DNA of 64,000 nucleotides from NCBI GenBank assembly GCA_016204605.1, contig JACQKK010000005.1, forward strand, positions 3,802 to 67,801, read 5' to 3'. Numbering within the stretch: position 1 is the first letter of the stretch; the number at the start of each line of letters is the position of its first letter. A program made the translations under genes and the position numbers. The notes below the pieces were generated by a model, which saw only the letters and a list, made by a program, of their open reading frames with translations, made no database searches and was not told where the DNA came from. This DNA is from Candidatus Lambdaproteobacteria bacterium (lineage in GTDB: Bacteria; SAR324; JACQKK01). Of the stretch, positions 26,840-35,514 are shown in pieces.

Positions 26840-27295
26840 GGGTGCTCTCGTGATTGCTGGTGAAGGTGTGGCGGATCGGCCGTCCGATTCGCAATGCCCG
26901 ATCCCTCTAGCGGTGCTCTGTCCATCATGGACACGGCATACAGTCACGGCCCTTGCGCGTCCAAGCGCTCCGCGCCCGTGACGTCGCAAGCGGCGGGCTG
27001 ATCGCGCGCACCTCGGCGTGATGGTTCCCCCCTGCGGCGGTTTTTGCACAGTGGAGCGCCGGATGTAAAGAGGCCCCTCCCGGCGATGCCCCCGGCAACC
27101 GACCGGCCAGCCCGAATCCGGCGCACCGGCGGGGCCTTGCAGGCTGCCCGCCGCCACGCCGCGATCGCGGCCATACGCGAGTTACCCAACGAGATCGGCG
27201 ACTTCCTCACCAATGAAAAGCCGAGCGGCCTGCTTCGAGAACGCCTACGTCTCCACAATCGCTACAAGCCGAGTCGACGTGAAGTGGGCTGCGGC

Positions 27296-27315
27296 ATTGC
27301 CGTATCGACGGCAAT
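27296..27315 (-). terminator. Stem-loop immediately 3' of the speB stop codon (possible terminator or RNA stabiliser)
   Basis: ATTGCCG-tatcga-CGGCAAT, a perfect 7-bp stem abutting the stop at 27316-27318. No U-tract follows, so it is not a canonical intrinsic terminator. Confidence 0.3.
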
Positions 27316-28275
27316 TCAGAGCTGGCGGAACCCCCCGGGCGGTGACCCCCTCATATCCCCCACCGTGGCATAGCCGATCATCTTGTACACCAGCCTTGCG
27401 GCGAGGAAGTCGGCGGCGTGGAGGCCGGGCAGGGGAGCGAACTCGGTCAGGTCCAGCCCGACAATCCTGCGGCGGGCGCTGACCGCACGGAGCAGGCGCA
27501 GGGCGGGGTACCAGCCCAGGCCGCCGGGGACGGGGGTGCCGGTGGCGGGCATCAGCATCCCGTCCAGCCCGTCGATGTCGCAGGTGATGTAGACCTCCGG
27601 GCCGAGGCGCGCCACCACCTTCTCGATCCAGCCCAGGTCGCTGCGGGCGCAGATGTCGTGGGCCCAGAACACGTTGCGCTCGAGGCCGGTCTTGCGCAGG
27701 AACTGGCGCTCCTCGACCGAGAGGGCGCGGATGCCCACTTGCACGAACGGCAGCCCCAGCTCGTGGGCGCGGGCCATGATGCTGGCGTGGCTGTAGGGCG
27801 TGCCGCCGTAGCTCGGGCGCAGGTCGGCATGGGCATCGATCTGGAGCAGCGAGAAGGGCCGTCCGGCGCGCCGCTCCAGCAGCGCCGTCCACACGCCGTA
27901 GCTGAGCGAGTGCTCGCCGCCGAGCGCCACCAGCAGCTTGCCCGCGCCCAGGGGCTCGCGCGCGGCGGCGTGGATGCGGCGCATGGCCTCCTCGGGCGTG
28001 GCGCCAGCGCACCCGACCGGCGGGAGGGTGGCGAACCCGACCTCGTCCACGCACCAGTCGAGCTCCTCGTCGTACATTTCGAGCTGGCCCGAGGCGGCCA
28101 GGATCGCCGCGGGGCCGCGCGCGGTGCCCCCGCCGTAGGAGATGGTGCCCTCGTAGGGCACGGGCAGGATCGCCACGCGCGCCTCGGCGTAGGGCACCAC
28201 CCGGGCGTCGGGGGCGGCGAAGGCGGGCAGCGAGGCGGGGTCGGGCGGGCTGCTCATGTCAGGCGGGATGCTCAT
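27316..28275 (-). CDS. speB: Agmatinase (arginase/ureohydrolase family)
   Basis: LLQIDAHADLRPSYGGTPYSHASIM...YITCDIDGLDGMLMPATGTPVPGGLGW shows the arginase-family metal-binding motifs. It lies directly downstream of speA. Confidence 0.88.
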   Translation of the reverse strand: MSIPPDMSSPPDPASLPAFAAPDARVVPYAEARVAILPVPYEGTISYGGGTARGPAAILAASGQLEMYDEELDWCVDEVGFATLPPVGCAGATPEEAMRRIHAAAREPLGAGKLLVALGGEHSLSYGVWTALLERRAGRPFSLLQIDAHADLRPSYGGTPYSHASIMARAHELGLPFVQVGIRALSVEERQFLRKTGLERNVFWAHDICARSDLGWIEKVVARLGPEVYITCDIDGLDGMLMPATGTPVPGGLGWYPALRLLRAVSARRRIVGLDLTEFAPLPGLHAADFLAARLVYKMIGYATVGDMRGSPPGGFRQL

Positions 28276-28311
28276 GGCGGGCTGCGGCGAGGGTAACGGG
28301 GGCCGGACGGC

Positions 28312-30330
28312 TCAGCGCCAGGCGATCGCGCGGGCGGGCGGCTTCGGTGCGCGGCGGCGGGCGGATTTTCGCGCGGAGCTGCCTGCGGCGCCGCGCCCGG
28401 TGCCGGCCTCCGTGCCGGGTTCGCCGCGGGCGTCGAGGTAGGTCATCCCCTGGAGCCCGGTGGCGTAGAGCGTGCGCAGCGTCTTGCCGTCCGCGGCGGT
28501 CATCAGCCCCGCCTTGACGGCGGCCTGCACCTGCCGCGCGATGCGATCCATCAGCGTGTCCGGGCTGAACTGCACATAGCCGAGCACGCGCGCGACGCTC
28601 TCCCCGTGGATGATCTGCTCGTAGCGCCAGGTGCCGTCCTCGTTCAGCGCCACGTGGATGGCATCGGTATCGCCGAACAGGTTGTGGATGTCGCCGAGAA
28701 TCTCCTGGTAGGCCCCCGTGAGGAACACGCCCAGGTAGTACGGCTCGCCGTTCCGGAGCGGGTGCAGGGGCACCGAGGTCTTGTCGGGGAAGCGCCCGAT
28801 GTAGCGCTGGATGCGGCCGTCGGAATCGCAGGTGATGTCCTGCACGATGCCGTGGCGGGTGGGGTGCTCGCGCAGCCGGTGCAGCGGCACGATCGGGAAC
28901 TGTTGGCCGATGGCCCAGGAATCGGGCAGCGACTGGAACACCGAGAAGTTGCCGAAGTACTTGTCGGCCAGCAGCTCGTCCAGCCGGGCGAACTCCGCCG
29001 GGCGGCGCTCCGGCCGGGCCAGCCGCACCACCCGCGTGGCGATCTTCCAGAACATCTGGTCCGCCCAGGCCCGGTGGTGCAGCGAGAGCAGCCCCAGCTC
29101 GAAGCGCTTGCTGATCTCGTCGCGCGCATCGAGGGCATCGTGCCAGGCCTCCTCCGCGTTGCGCGCGGTCAGCCGCTTGCGCAGCTCGTCGAGCTTGAGC
29201 ACGACGTCGGGCGCATCGGGCCCGGGCGGCGGCAGGGGCTGCTCGGTGTCGAGCGCGGCGGTGTCGAGCACGTTGATCGCCAGCATGGCGTGGTGCGCCG
29301 TCAACGCCCGCCCCGATTCCGTGACGATGTTGGGGTGGGGCAACCCCTCGGCGCGGCAGGTTTCGGCGAAGGTCGCCACCACGTCGTTGGCATACTCTTG
29401 CTCGGTGTAGTTGATGCTGGAGGCGGCGTTGCTGCGCGTGCCGTCGTAGTCCACCCCCAGCCCGCCGCCCACGTCCACGAAATCCACCGGGCAGCCGAGC
29501 TTGCACAGCTCCGCGTGGAAGCGCGCCATCTCGCGCAGGGCCTGCTGGATGCGGCGGATGTTGGTGACCTGGCTGCCGATATGGATGTGGATCAGGCGGA
29601 AGCAATCGAGATAGCCGGCAGCGCGCAGGCGCTCCACCGCCTGCTCCAGCTCGAGCACGGTCAGGCCGAACTTCGAGTGGTCGCCGCCCGAGTCCTCCCA
29701 CTTGCCTTCGCCCGCGGTGACCAGCTTGATGCGGATGCCGAGGTGCGGGCGGATGCCCGTCTCGCGCGCCTCCTGCAGGATCAGCCCCAGCTCGGCCGGC
29801 TTCTCGACGACCAGGAACACCGTCTTCCCCAGGCGCTGGCCCATCAGCGCCAGCCGCACGTAGGCCACATCCTTGTGGCCGTTGCAGACGATGATCGGCT
29901 CGGGCTGCTCGTGCAGGGCGAGCACGGCGTGCAGCTCCGATTTCGAGCCGGCCTCGAGCCCCATCCGGAACTCGGCACCGAAGCGCACCACCTCCTCGAC
30001 CACCTGCCGCTGCTGGTTGACCTTGATCGGGTACACGCCGAAGTAGGCGCCCGTGTAGCCTTCGGCCTCGATGGCGTTGACGAAGCACTGCCGCAGGTGG
30101 GCGACGCGGTCGTACAGGATATCGGAGAAGCGGATCAGGAGCGGCAGCGACAGCCCCTGCGCCTGGGCATCCTCGACCAGGTGCCGCAGGTCGATGCCGA
30201 TGGCGCTGTCCTTGCTCGGATGTGCCTGGAGATTGCCCTTGCCGTTGACGCTGAAGTAGCCGAGCCCCCAATCGGCGAGGCCATAGAGCCGCGCGGAATC
30301 CTCCGCCGTCCACTTCTTCTTCCCGCCCAT
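28312..30330 (-). CDS. speA: Biosynthetic arginine decarboxylase
   Basis: MGGKKKWTAEDSARLYGLADWGLGYFSVNGKGNL...GVYPIKVNQQRQVVEEVV...HIHIGSQ...VDVGGGLGVDYDG is typical of SpeA. ATG at 30330. It has an unusually basic 35-40-aa C-terminal tail. Confidence 0.9.
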   Translation of the reverse strand: MGGKKKWTAEDSARLYGLADWGLGYFSVNGKGNLQAHPSKDSAIGIDLRHLVEDAQAQGLSLPLLIRFSDILYDRVAHLRQCFVNAIEAEGYTGAYFGVYPIKVNQQRQVVEEVVRFGAEFRMGLEAGSKSELHAVLALHEQPEPIIVCNGHKDVAYVRLALMGQRLGKTVFLVVEKPAELGLILQEARETGIRPHLGIRIKLVTAGEGKWEDSGGDHSKFGLTVLELEQAVERLRAAGYLDCFRLIHIHIGSQVTNIRRIQQALREMARFHAELCKLGCPVDFVDVGGGLGVDYDGTRSNAASSINYTEQEYANDVVATFAETCRAEGLPHPNIVTESGRALTAHHAMLAINVLDTAALDTEQPLPPPGPDAPDVVLKLDELRKRLTARNAEEAWHDALDARDEISKRFELGLLSLHHRAWADQMFWKIATRVVRLARPERRPAEFARLDELLADKYFGNFSVFQSLPDSWAIGQQFPIVPLHRLREHPTRHGIVQDITCDSDGRIQRYIGRFPDKTSVPLHPLRNGEPYYLGVFLTGAYQEILGDIHNLFGDTDAIHVALNEDGTWRYEQIIHGESVARVLGYVQFSPDTLMDRIARQVQAAVKAGLMTAADGKTLRTLYATGLQGMTYLDARGEPGTEAGTGRGAAGSSARKSARRRAPKPPARAIAWR

Positions 30331-30596
30331 GCCTCCCTGCCTTGCGCCCCTCGTGGCGAGGCCCGTACCGCGGCCGGTCGTCACGACACTATACGGACGC
30401 GGGCGCCGAAACGCAAAGCGGCGGGCGGCCCAGCACAGGTGTCGCTTTCCACTGAGCCGCGGTGCTGATAGAGTGAGCCCACTTGCACCCCAGCCCAGAG
30501 GCGCGGCCGCGCGGTCAGAGTGCGGCGGCCACTGGGCCGGCTGGCCGCCGGCGGCGCTGGGGCGGCACGACCGCAGTCCAACGGGACGACGATGCG

Positions 30597-30812
30597 ATGG
30601 CGAAAAAGATCGAGTTGACGTCGGAGCAGGAATCGCTCTGGCATGAGCTGTGCGCATCGGTCGAGATCGACCCGCACTGGCTCCTCAACGCGCTCAATCA
30701 GTATTACGATCTGGCGGAACGGTACGGGATCATGGAGCTGGACGACGAGCTGCTGCGCACCAAGCACAACTTCGGCTGGATCGAGTACGCCGTGTTCTGG
30801 AAATTCGAGTAG
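30597..30812 (+). CDS. Hypothetical small protein (71 aa)
   Basis: MAKKIELTSEQESLWHELCASVEIDPHWLLNALNQYYDLAERYGIMELDDELLRTKHNFGWIEYAVFWKFE. The composition looks protein-like and I recognise no family. The SD is weak. Confidence 0.4.
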   Translation: MAKKIELTSEQESLWHELCASVEIDPHWLLNALNQYYDLAERYGIMELDDELLRTKHNFGWIEYAVFWKFE

Positions 30813-30902
30813 CCGGCGCGCCCAAGCTCGCTGCGCGGCGTCCCGGCGCCCGGCGTGCTCCCCCCGCTGCCCGGGCGCGGCCGCCCGCGCATGCGGCGGG
30901 GC

Positions 30903-31124
30903 TCAGCCCGCGCGCATCAGCCGCACCACTTCGCCCGTGCCGGGGAAGCGCCTGGTGGCCCGCTTCGAGAAGACGAGCTTGCCATCGGTCTTGACTTCGA
31001 AATCTCCGCCTTTCCCTTCCACGAGGTGGGCATCCACTCCGAAGGCCTGCTTGATCTCGGCGGCCAGACTGGTCGCCTGAGGCAGGTAGTTTCACATCAC
31101 GCAGTACGCGATCTCGACGTTCAT
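30903..31124 (-). CDS. SelW-like (Rdx family) selenoprotein. In-frame TGA at 31092-31094 read as Sec
   Basis: Hand translation gives MNVEIAYCVM-U-NYLPQATSLAAEIKQAFGVDAHLVEGKGGDFEVKTDGKLVFSKRATRRFPGTGEVVRLMRAG. It has the C-x-x-U motif and the G-x-F-E-V...G...FSK...RFP pattern of bacterial SelW-like proteins. GGGAG lies 4 nt upstream of the ATG. The gene is missed by the ORF track because the first segment is only 10 codons long. Confidence 0.8.
31059..31077 (-). promoter_or_regulatory. Candidate SECIS hairpin for the SelW-like UGA
   Basis: GGCGACC-AGUCU-GGCCGCC has 6 base pairs plus one A.C mismatch and GU in the loop. The stem starts 15 nt after the UGA. Confidence 0.45.
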
Positions 31125-31287
31125 CGTGCTCCCGTCAGGGTTGGTGTGGTAGGCTGGCTCAGCCGGCGTGGCCGCCAACTCCCCGCCACGTATCCGATCA
31201 TTTTCGCAAAACGGCCTTGGCCCGTCAACGGCAGGGGCAACCGGCTCTGCCGCCGCCAGGGCGTTTCCGTGGCAACGCGCCCCGCCG

Positions 31288-32616
31288 ATGACTCCTCCGC
31301 CTGGCTACGAAGTGCGCTGCCCGCTGCACGGCTCGATCGCCTTCAACGAGCGCGAGCGGCGCCTGATCGACCACCGGTGGTACCAGCGCCTGCGCTCGAT
31401 CAGCCAGCTCGGCTTCGCCGAGGCCGTGTTTCCGGGCGCCACCCATACCCGCTTCAGCCACGGGCTCGGCGTGATGCACCTGGCCGGGCGCATCTTCGAC
31501 CAGGTGATGGACGCCGCGGGCTCCCCGGTGCGGGCACGGTTCGCGCCGGCGGAGCGGGCCTACTTCCGCCAGCTCGTGCGTCTGGCCGGGCTGTTCCACG
31601 ATCTGGGCCACGCCCCCTTCTCGCACTCCTTCGAGGCGCTGATGCCGCCCCGCGGGTCGCTGCCGCTGCCCTGGCCCTGGTACGGGGAGGACGGCCACGA
31701 GGGCCGGGCCAGTCACGAGGACTACTCGGTGGCGATCATCTCCGCCATCGCCCGGGAGCCCGCTGCGCCGCTCGGCGCGGAGGAGGCGCAGGAGCTGTGC
31801 GCACTGATCGACCACCGCATCCGCCCGACCGCGCGGCTGACCGGCTCGGGCGATCCTGCCCGCAATCTCCACCCGCTGCTGCGCCAGATCATCAGCGGCG
31901 AGATCGATGCGGACCGCATGGACTACCTGCGCCGGGATGCGGTCTACACCGGCGTCGCCTACGGCCACTTCGACCAGGACCGGCTGATCCAATCGCTGGC
32001 CTGCGTCGAAACCCCCCAGGGGCTCGCACTGGCGCTCGACCGCGGCGCCATCTACACCTACGAGAACTTCCTGATGGCCCGCTTCCACATGGCCATGCAG
32101 GTGTATTTCCACAAGACCCTGCTGCCCTTCGACCATTTCCTCGCCATGGCGGTGCGCGAGCACGAGATCCCCTTCGCGCTCGATGGGAGCCTGGAGAACT
32201 TCCTCTCCGCGCGGGAGGACCTGATCCGGGCGCAATTGCTCGCCGCGCGCCACCGGCGCTGGGCCTCGCGCATCGTCGATCGCCATCCGCTCACCCGGCT
32301 GCTCCCGCTGCACGAGGGCATCCCGGCAGAGCAGCGCGAGGCGCTGTTTGCCGCGCTCGCCGCGGCGGGCATCGAGACCCTGCACCTGCGGGAAGAGCGC
32401 CGGCTCTCGACCCTCGGCGGCGAGCACCCCGCCTCCGCGCCCCCACCGCTGCTGGTGCAGGAGCAAGTGCTCGGGCGCGCCCGCCTGCGCGCGCTGCCGG
32501 AGGTGTCCGTGCTGCTCGAGCGCTACAACCAGACCTTCGTCGTCGAGAACCTCTACTGTGACCGGGCAGTGGCGCCGGCCGCGACGGCGGTGCTCCGCCG
32601 TGTGCTCGGCGCGTGA
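31288..32616 (+). CDS. HD-domain phosphohydrolase (COG1078, SAMHD1/dNTPase-like)
   Basis: RRLIDHRWYQRLRSISQLGFAEAVFPGATHTRFSHGLGVMHLA...LFHDLGHAPFSHSFE...EIDADRMDYLRRDAVYTGV. The HD motifs and family layout are present. Confidence 0.8.
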   Translation: MTPPPGYEVRCPLHGSIAFNERERRLIDHRWYQRLRSISQLGFAEAVFPGATHTRFSHGLGVMHLAGRIFDQVMDAAGSPVRARFAPAERAYFRQLVRLAGLFHDLGHAPFSHSFEALMPPRGSLPLPWPWYGEDGHEGRASHEDYSVAIISAIAREPAAPLGAEEAQELCALIDHRIRPTARLTGSGDPARNLHPLLRQIISGEIDADRMDYLRRDAVYTGVAYGHFDQDRLIQSLACVETPQGLALALDRGAIYTYENFLMARFHMAMQVYFHKTLLPFDHFLAMAVREHEIPFALDGSLENFLSAREDLIRAQLLAARHRRWASRIVDRHPLTRLLPLHEGIPAEQREALFAALAAAGIETLHLREERRLSTLGGEHPASAPPPLLVQEQVLGRARLRALPEVSVLLERYNQTFVVENLYCDRAVAPAATAVLRRVLGA

Positions 32617-32683
32617 TGCCCCCCTTGCGGGCCCGGGGGCGGCGCTGCCAGACTCCGGGTGCGGGCGTCGTCCTGCCACGGAC

Positions 32684-34150
32684 TCAAGAAAGCGCCGGGC
32701 GGCGCCGGTGGTGGTCGGTGGCCTGTTCGAAGGCCCAGGCGGCCTGGATCAGGCGATCTTCGCGGAAGTGGTCGGCCATCAGCTGCAACCCCAGGGGCAG
32801 GCCGGCGCGCGTGAAGCCGCCGGGGATCGAGACGGCCGGCAGCCCGGCCAGGTTGGCGGGCAGCGTGTACGCGTCGGTCAGGTACATTTGCAGCGGGTCG
32901 TCCAGCTTCTCCCCCAGCCGGAACGCCGGGATGGGCGAGGTGGGGCCGGCGATCAGCTCCACCCGGGCGAAGGCGCGGCGGAAGTCCTCGCGCAGCAGCT
33001 CGCGGATCTTCATGGCCCGCACGTAGTAGGCGTCGTAGTAGCCCGCGCTCAGGGCGAACGTGCCCAGCATGATCCGGCGCTTGACCTCGGCGCCGAAGCC
33101 CTGCTGGCGGGTCTTGCGGTAGAGCTCCCTCAAATCGCTCGCCCCTGCGGCGCGCGGCCCCAAGCGGATGCCGTCGTACCGCCCCAGGTTCGAGCTGGCC
33201 TCGCAGGGCGCGAGGATGTAGTACACGGCCACGGCGTACTCGATCGACGGCATCGAGATTTCGACCGGCTCCGCGCCGAGCGCGCGCAGCGTCTCCAGGT
33301 TCGCCTGGAGCGCGAGGCCCACCTCGGGGTCGAGCTGGCCCGCCTGCCCGATCTCCCGCACCAGCCCCACCCGCACGCCCTGGAGATCGCCCTGGAGGTA
33401 GCGGGTGAAATCGGGTACGGGACGGCGGGCCGACGTGGAGTCGCGCGGGTCGTGGCCGCTGATGACGTTCAGCAGCAGCGCGGCATCGCCGATGTCGCGG
33501 GTGATCGGCCCGCCCTGGTCCAGCGAGCTGGCGTAGGCGATCATCCCGTAGCGGCTCACCCGACCGTAGGTGGGCTTGAGCCCGACCAGCGACGTGAAGG
33601 CGGCCGGCTGGCGGATCGAGCCGCCCGTGTCGGTGCCGAGCGCGGCCAGCGCTTCGCCGGCCGCCACCGCCGCCGCCGAGCCCCCCGAGGAGCCGCCAGG
33701 CACGCGGTCGAAGGCCCAGGGGTTGCGCGTGGGGCCGTAGGCCGAGGACTCCGTGGAGGAGCCCATGGCGAACTCGTCGAGGTTGGTCTTGCCGAGCAGA
33801 TTGAGGCCGTGGGCCTTCAGCCGCTCGACCACGGTGGCATCGTAGGGGGGCTTGAAGCCCTTCAGGATGCGCGAACCGCAGGTGGTCTCGATGCCCGCGG
33901 TGATGAAGATGTCCTTGAGCGCGAGCGGCATGCCCTCGATCGGTCCCACCGGCTCGCCGCGGGCGAGCTTGGCATCGGCGGCCTCCGCGCCGGACAGCAC
34001 GTCCCCCGTCGTCAGCGTGATGTAGGCCCTGACGCGCGTCTCGTACCGTTCGATCCGCCCGAGCACCGAGCGGGCGATCTCGGCCGTGGAGATTTCGCGC
34101 GCCAAGCGGCGCCGGTGCAGCTCGCGGATGGGGCTCTCGCACAGTTCCAT
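32684..34150 (-). CDS. gatA: Glutamyl-tRNA(Gln)/aspartyl-tRNA(Asn) amidotransferase subunit A
   Basis: GMPLALKDIFITAGIETTCGSRIL...GKTNLDEFAMGSSTESSAYGPTRNPW...PGGSSGGSAAAVAAG...GTDTGGSIRQPAAF...EASSNLGRYDGIRLG...MYLTDAYTLPANLAGLPAVSIPGG matches the GatA consensus throughout. Confidence 0.9.
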   Translation of the reverse strand: MELCESPIRELHRRRLAREISTAEIARSVLGRIERYETRVRAYITLTTGDVLSGAEAADAKLARGEPVGPIEGMPLALKDIFITAGIETTCGSRILKGFKPPYDATVVERLKAHGLNLLGKTNLDEFAMGSSTESSAYGPTRNPWAFDRVPGGSSGGSAAAVAAGEALAALGTDTGGSIRQPAAFTSLVGLKPTYGRVSRYGMIAYASSLDQGGPITRDIGDAALLLNVISGHDPRDSTSARRPVPDFTRYLQGDLQGVRVGLVREIGQAGQLDPEVGLALQANLETLRALGAEPVEISMPSIEYAVAVYYILAPCEASSNLGRYDGIRLGPRAAGASDLRELYRKTRQQGFGAEVKRRIMLGTFALSAGYYDAYYVRAMKIRELLREDFRRAFARVELIAGPTSPIPAFRLGEKLDDPLQMYLTDAYTLPANLAGLPAVSIPGGFTRAGLPLGLQLMADHFREDRLIQAAWAFEQATDHHRRRPALS

Positions 34151-34268
34151 GCGTCTTCCGGATCGGTCTCGGCAGCCCGCCGCGCCGGGGCAGCGGCGAC
34201 ACGGGCCGGGCGTCACGGGTCAAGCGGCGCGGGGGTCGGTCGGCGCATGCGACCCCAGGCGGGCCGGC

Positions 34269-34727
34269 TCAGAGCCGGATTCCGCTGAGCAGATCCAAGA
34301 AGAACCGCTCGTCGAGAATCAGCACCCGGCTCAGGCGGAAGCGGATCTTCTGCAGGATCATTTCCTTCGGCCATTCGGCAGGATACGCCAGCCCGCCCTC
34401 GATCTCCCGGTAGCGCGTGCGGCTGAGGCGGATGCGCCGGGGATCGGGCGGCAGGGCCAGCGCCAGCGTCGATCCCGGTCGCTTTGCCAGATAAGCCAGG
34501 CTCTTCACGGAGAGCGCCGCGCGGGTTTCGCTGAGGAAGCCCTGCACATCGAGCAGCAGGCCGCGTTCGCTCATGCTGGGGTTCTCGAAGTGCCAGATTA
34601 TGGACGAATCGGCCCTGGGCCGCAACTGGAAGCCCTCCAGGCCGATCACCTGGTCGAACGGCTCCCGGAACAGACCCACGTCCACCTCACGGACGGTGTA
34701 GATATCCAACCGGTTTCTCGCATCCAT
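34269..34727 (-). CDS. Hypothetical protein (152 aa)
   Basis: MDARNRLDIYTVREVDVGLFREPFDQVIGLEGFQLRPR...EWPKEMILQKIRFRLSRVLILDERFFLDLLSGIRL. The composition looks coding, but I recognise no family. Confidence 0.45.
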   Translation of the reverse strand: MDARNRLDIYTVREVDVGLFREPFDQVIGLEGFQLRPRADSSIIWHFENPSMSERGLLLDVQGFLSETRAALSVKSLAYLAKRPGSTLALALPPDPRRIRLSRTRYREIEGGLAYPAEWPKEMILQKIRFRLSRVLILDERFFLDLLSGIRL

Positions 34728-35121
34728 GCGTGCTCGAGCGAAGCCGCCGCCGCCGGAGGAACCCGCAACGTCGGGCGCCCCCGGGCGCGCACGCGACCGG
34801 GAGATCGCGCGCCGTCCGCCGGGCGAGGATCGGCCGCGTACGGCCTCGAAGGTTGTAAGCCCTCGGCCGGCGCTTCGCAAGCGGCGACGCTCCGCCGTGC
34901 GTGCACCCCACCCCCCTTCGCGAGGAGGGGCGCGGGCAGCCAGGTTGCGGGCCGACTGCGCGTTCGGCTCACCGACGCGGTGCCGAGCTTCCACCCGGCC
35001 TCGCCACTGCGTTGCGGCCCGTGCGCTCGGTCGTGGACGGCCGCGAGCCGATCGTGCATACTGACGCTACCGGCCGCCCGCGGGCGGCGGCCGGCCCACA
35101 CCGCCACCAGGATCGCCACGG

Positions 35122-35514
35122 ATGCAGGAACGGCAGCGCGTCGAGCGGATCATCGCGGCGGCGCAGGAGACGAAAGCGGAGCAGATCGTCCTCTACGACA
35201 TGGAGAACCGGTCGGCGATCACCGACTACGTCCTGATCTGCAGCGGGCGTTCGCAGGCCCACGTGCGCGGAATCGCCGCGCGCATCGAGGAAGTGCTCAA
35301 GAAGGCCGGCATCCGCAGCCTCTCCATCGAAGGCTACCAGGAAGGCAGCTGGGTGCTGCTCGATTACGACGTGGTGATCGTCCACATCTTCCATCCCGAA
35401 ACCCGCCAGTACTACGACCTCGACGGCCTGTTCAGCGGCTACCCCGTCGAGCGGCTCGGCACCCACGCCCCCTTGCGCCATGGCTCGCCCGAGGACGCCG
35501 CCGCGTCTGCTTAA
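35122..35514 (+). CDS. rsfS: Ribosome silencing factor
   Basis: KAEQIVLYDMENRSAITDYVLICSGRSQAHVRGIAARIEE...GYQEGSWVLLDYDVVIVHIFHPETRQYYDLDGLF is the canonical RsfS/iojap pattern. Confidence 0.9.
   Translation: MQERQRVERIIAAAQETKAEQIVLYDMENRSAITDYVLICSGRSQAHVRGIAARIEEVLKKAGIRSLSIEGYQEGSWVLLDYDVVIVHIFHPETRQYYDLDGLFSGYPVERLGTHAPLRHGSPEDAAASA

Noticed and set aside
26925-27315. A possible fifth small selenoprotein in the cfa-speB gap (MDTAYSHGPCASK...AAG-TGA-...).
   Set aside because: The readthrough product is Arg/Pro-rich, has no thioredoxin-fold or other family pattern, and the TGA is not at a redox motif.
30730-31095. A 121-aa minus-strand ORF (MKLPASGDQSG...).
   Set aside because: It is an out-of-frame artefact overlapping the SelW-like gene. 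It starts at a GTG inside the ATG-TGA junction and has no protein-like features.
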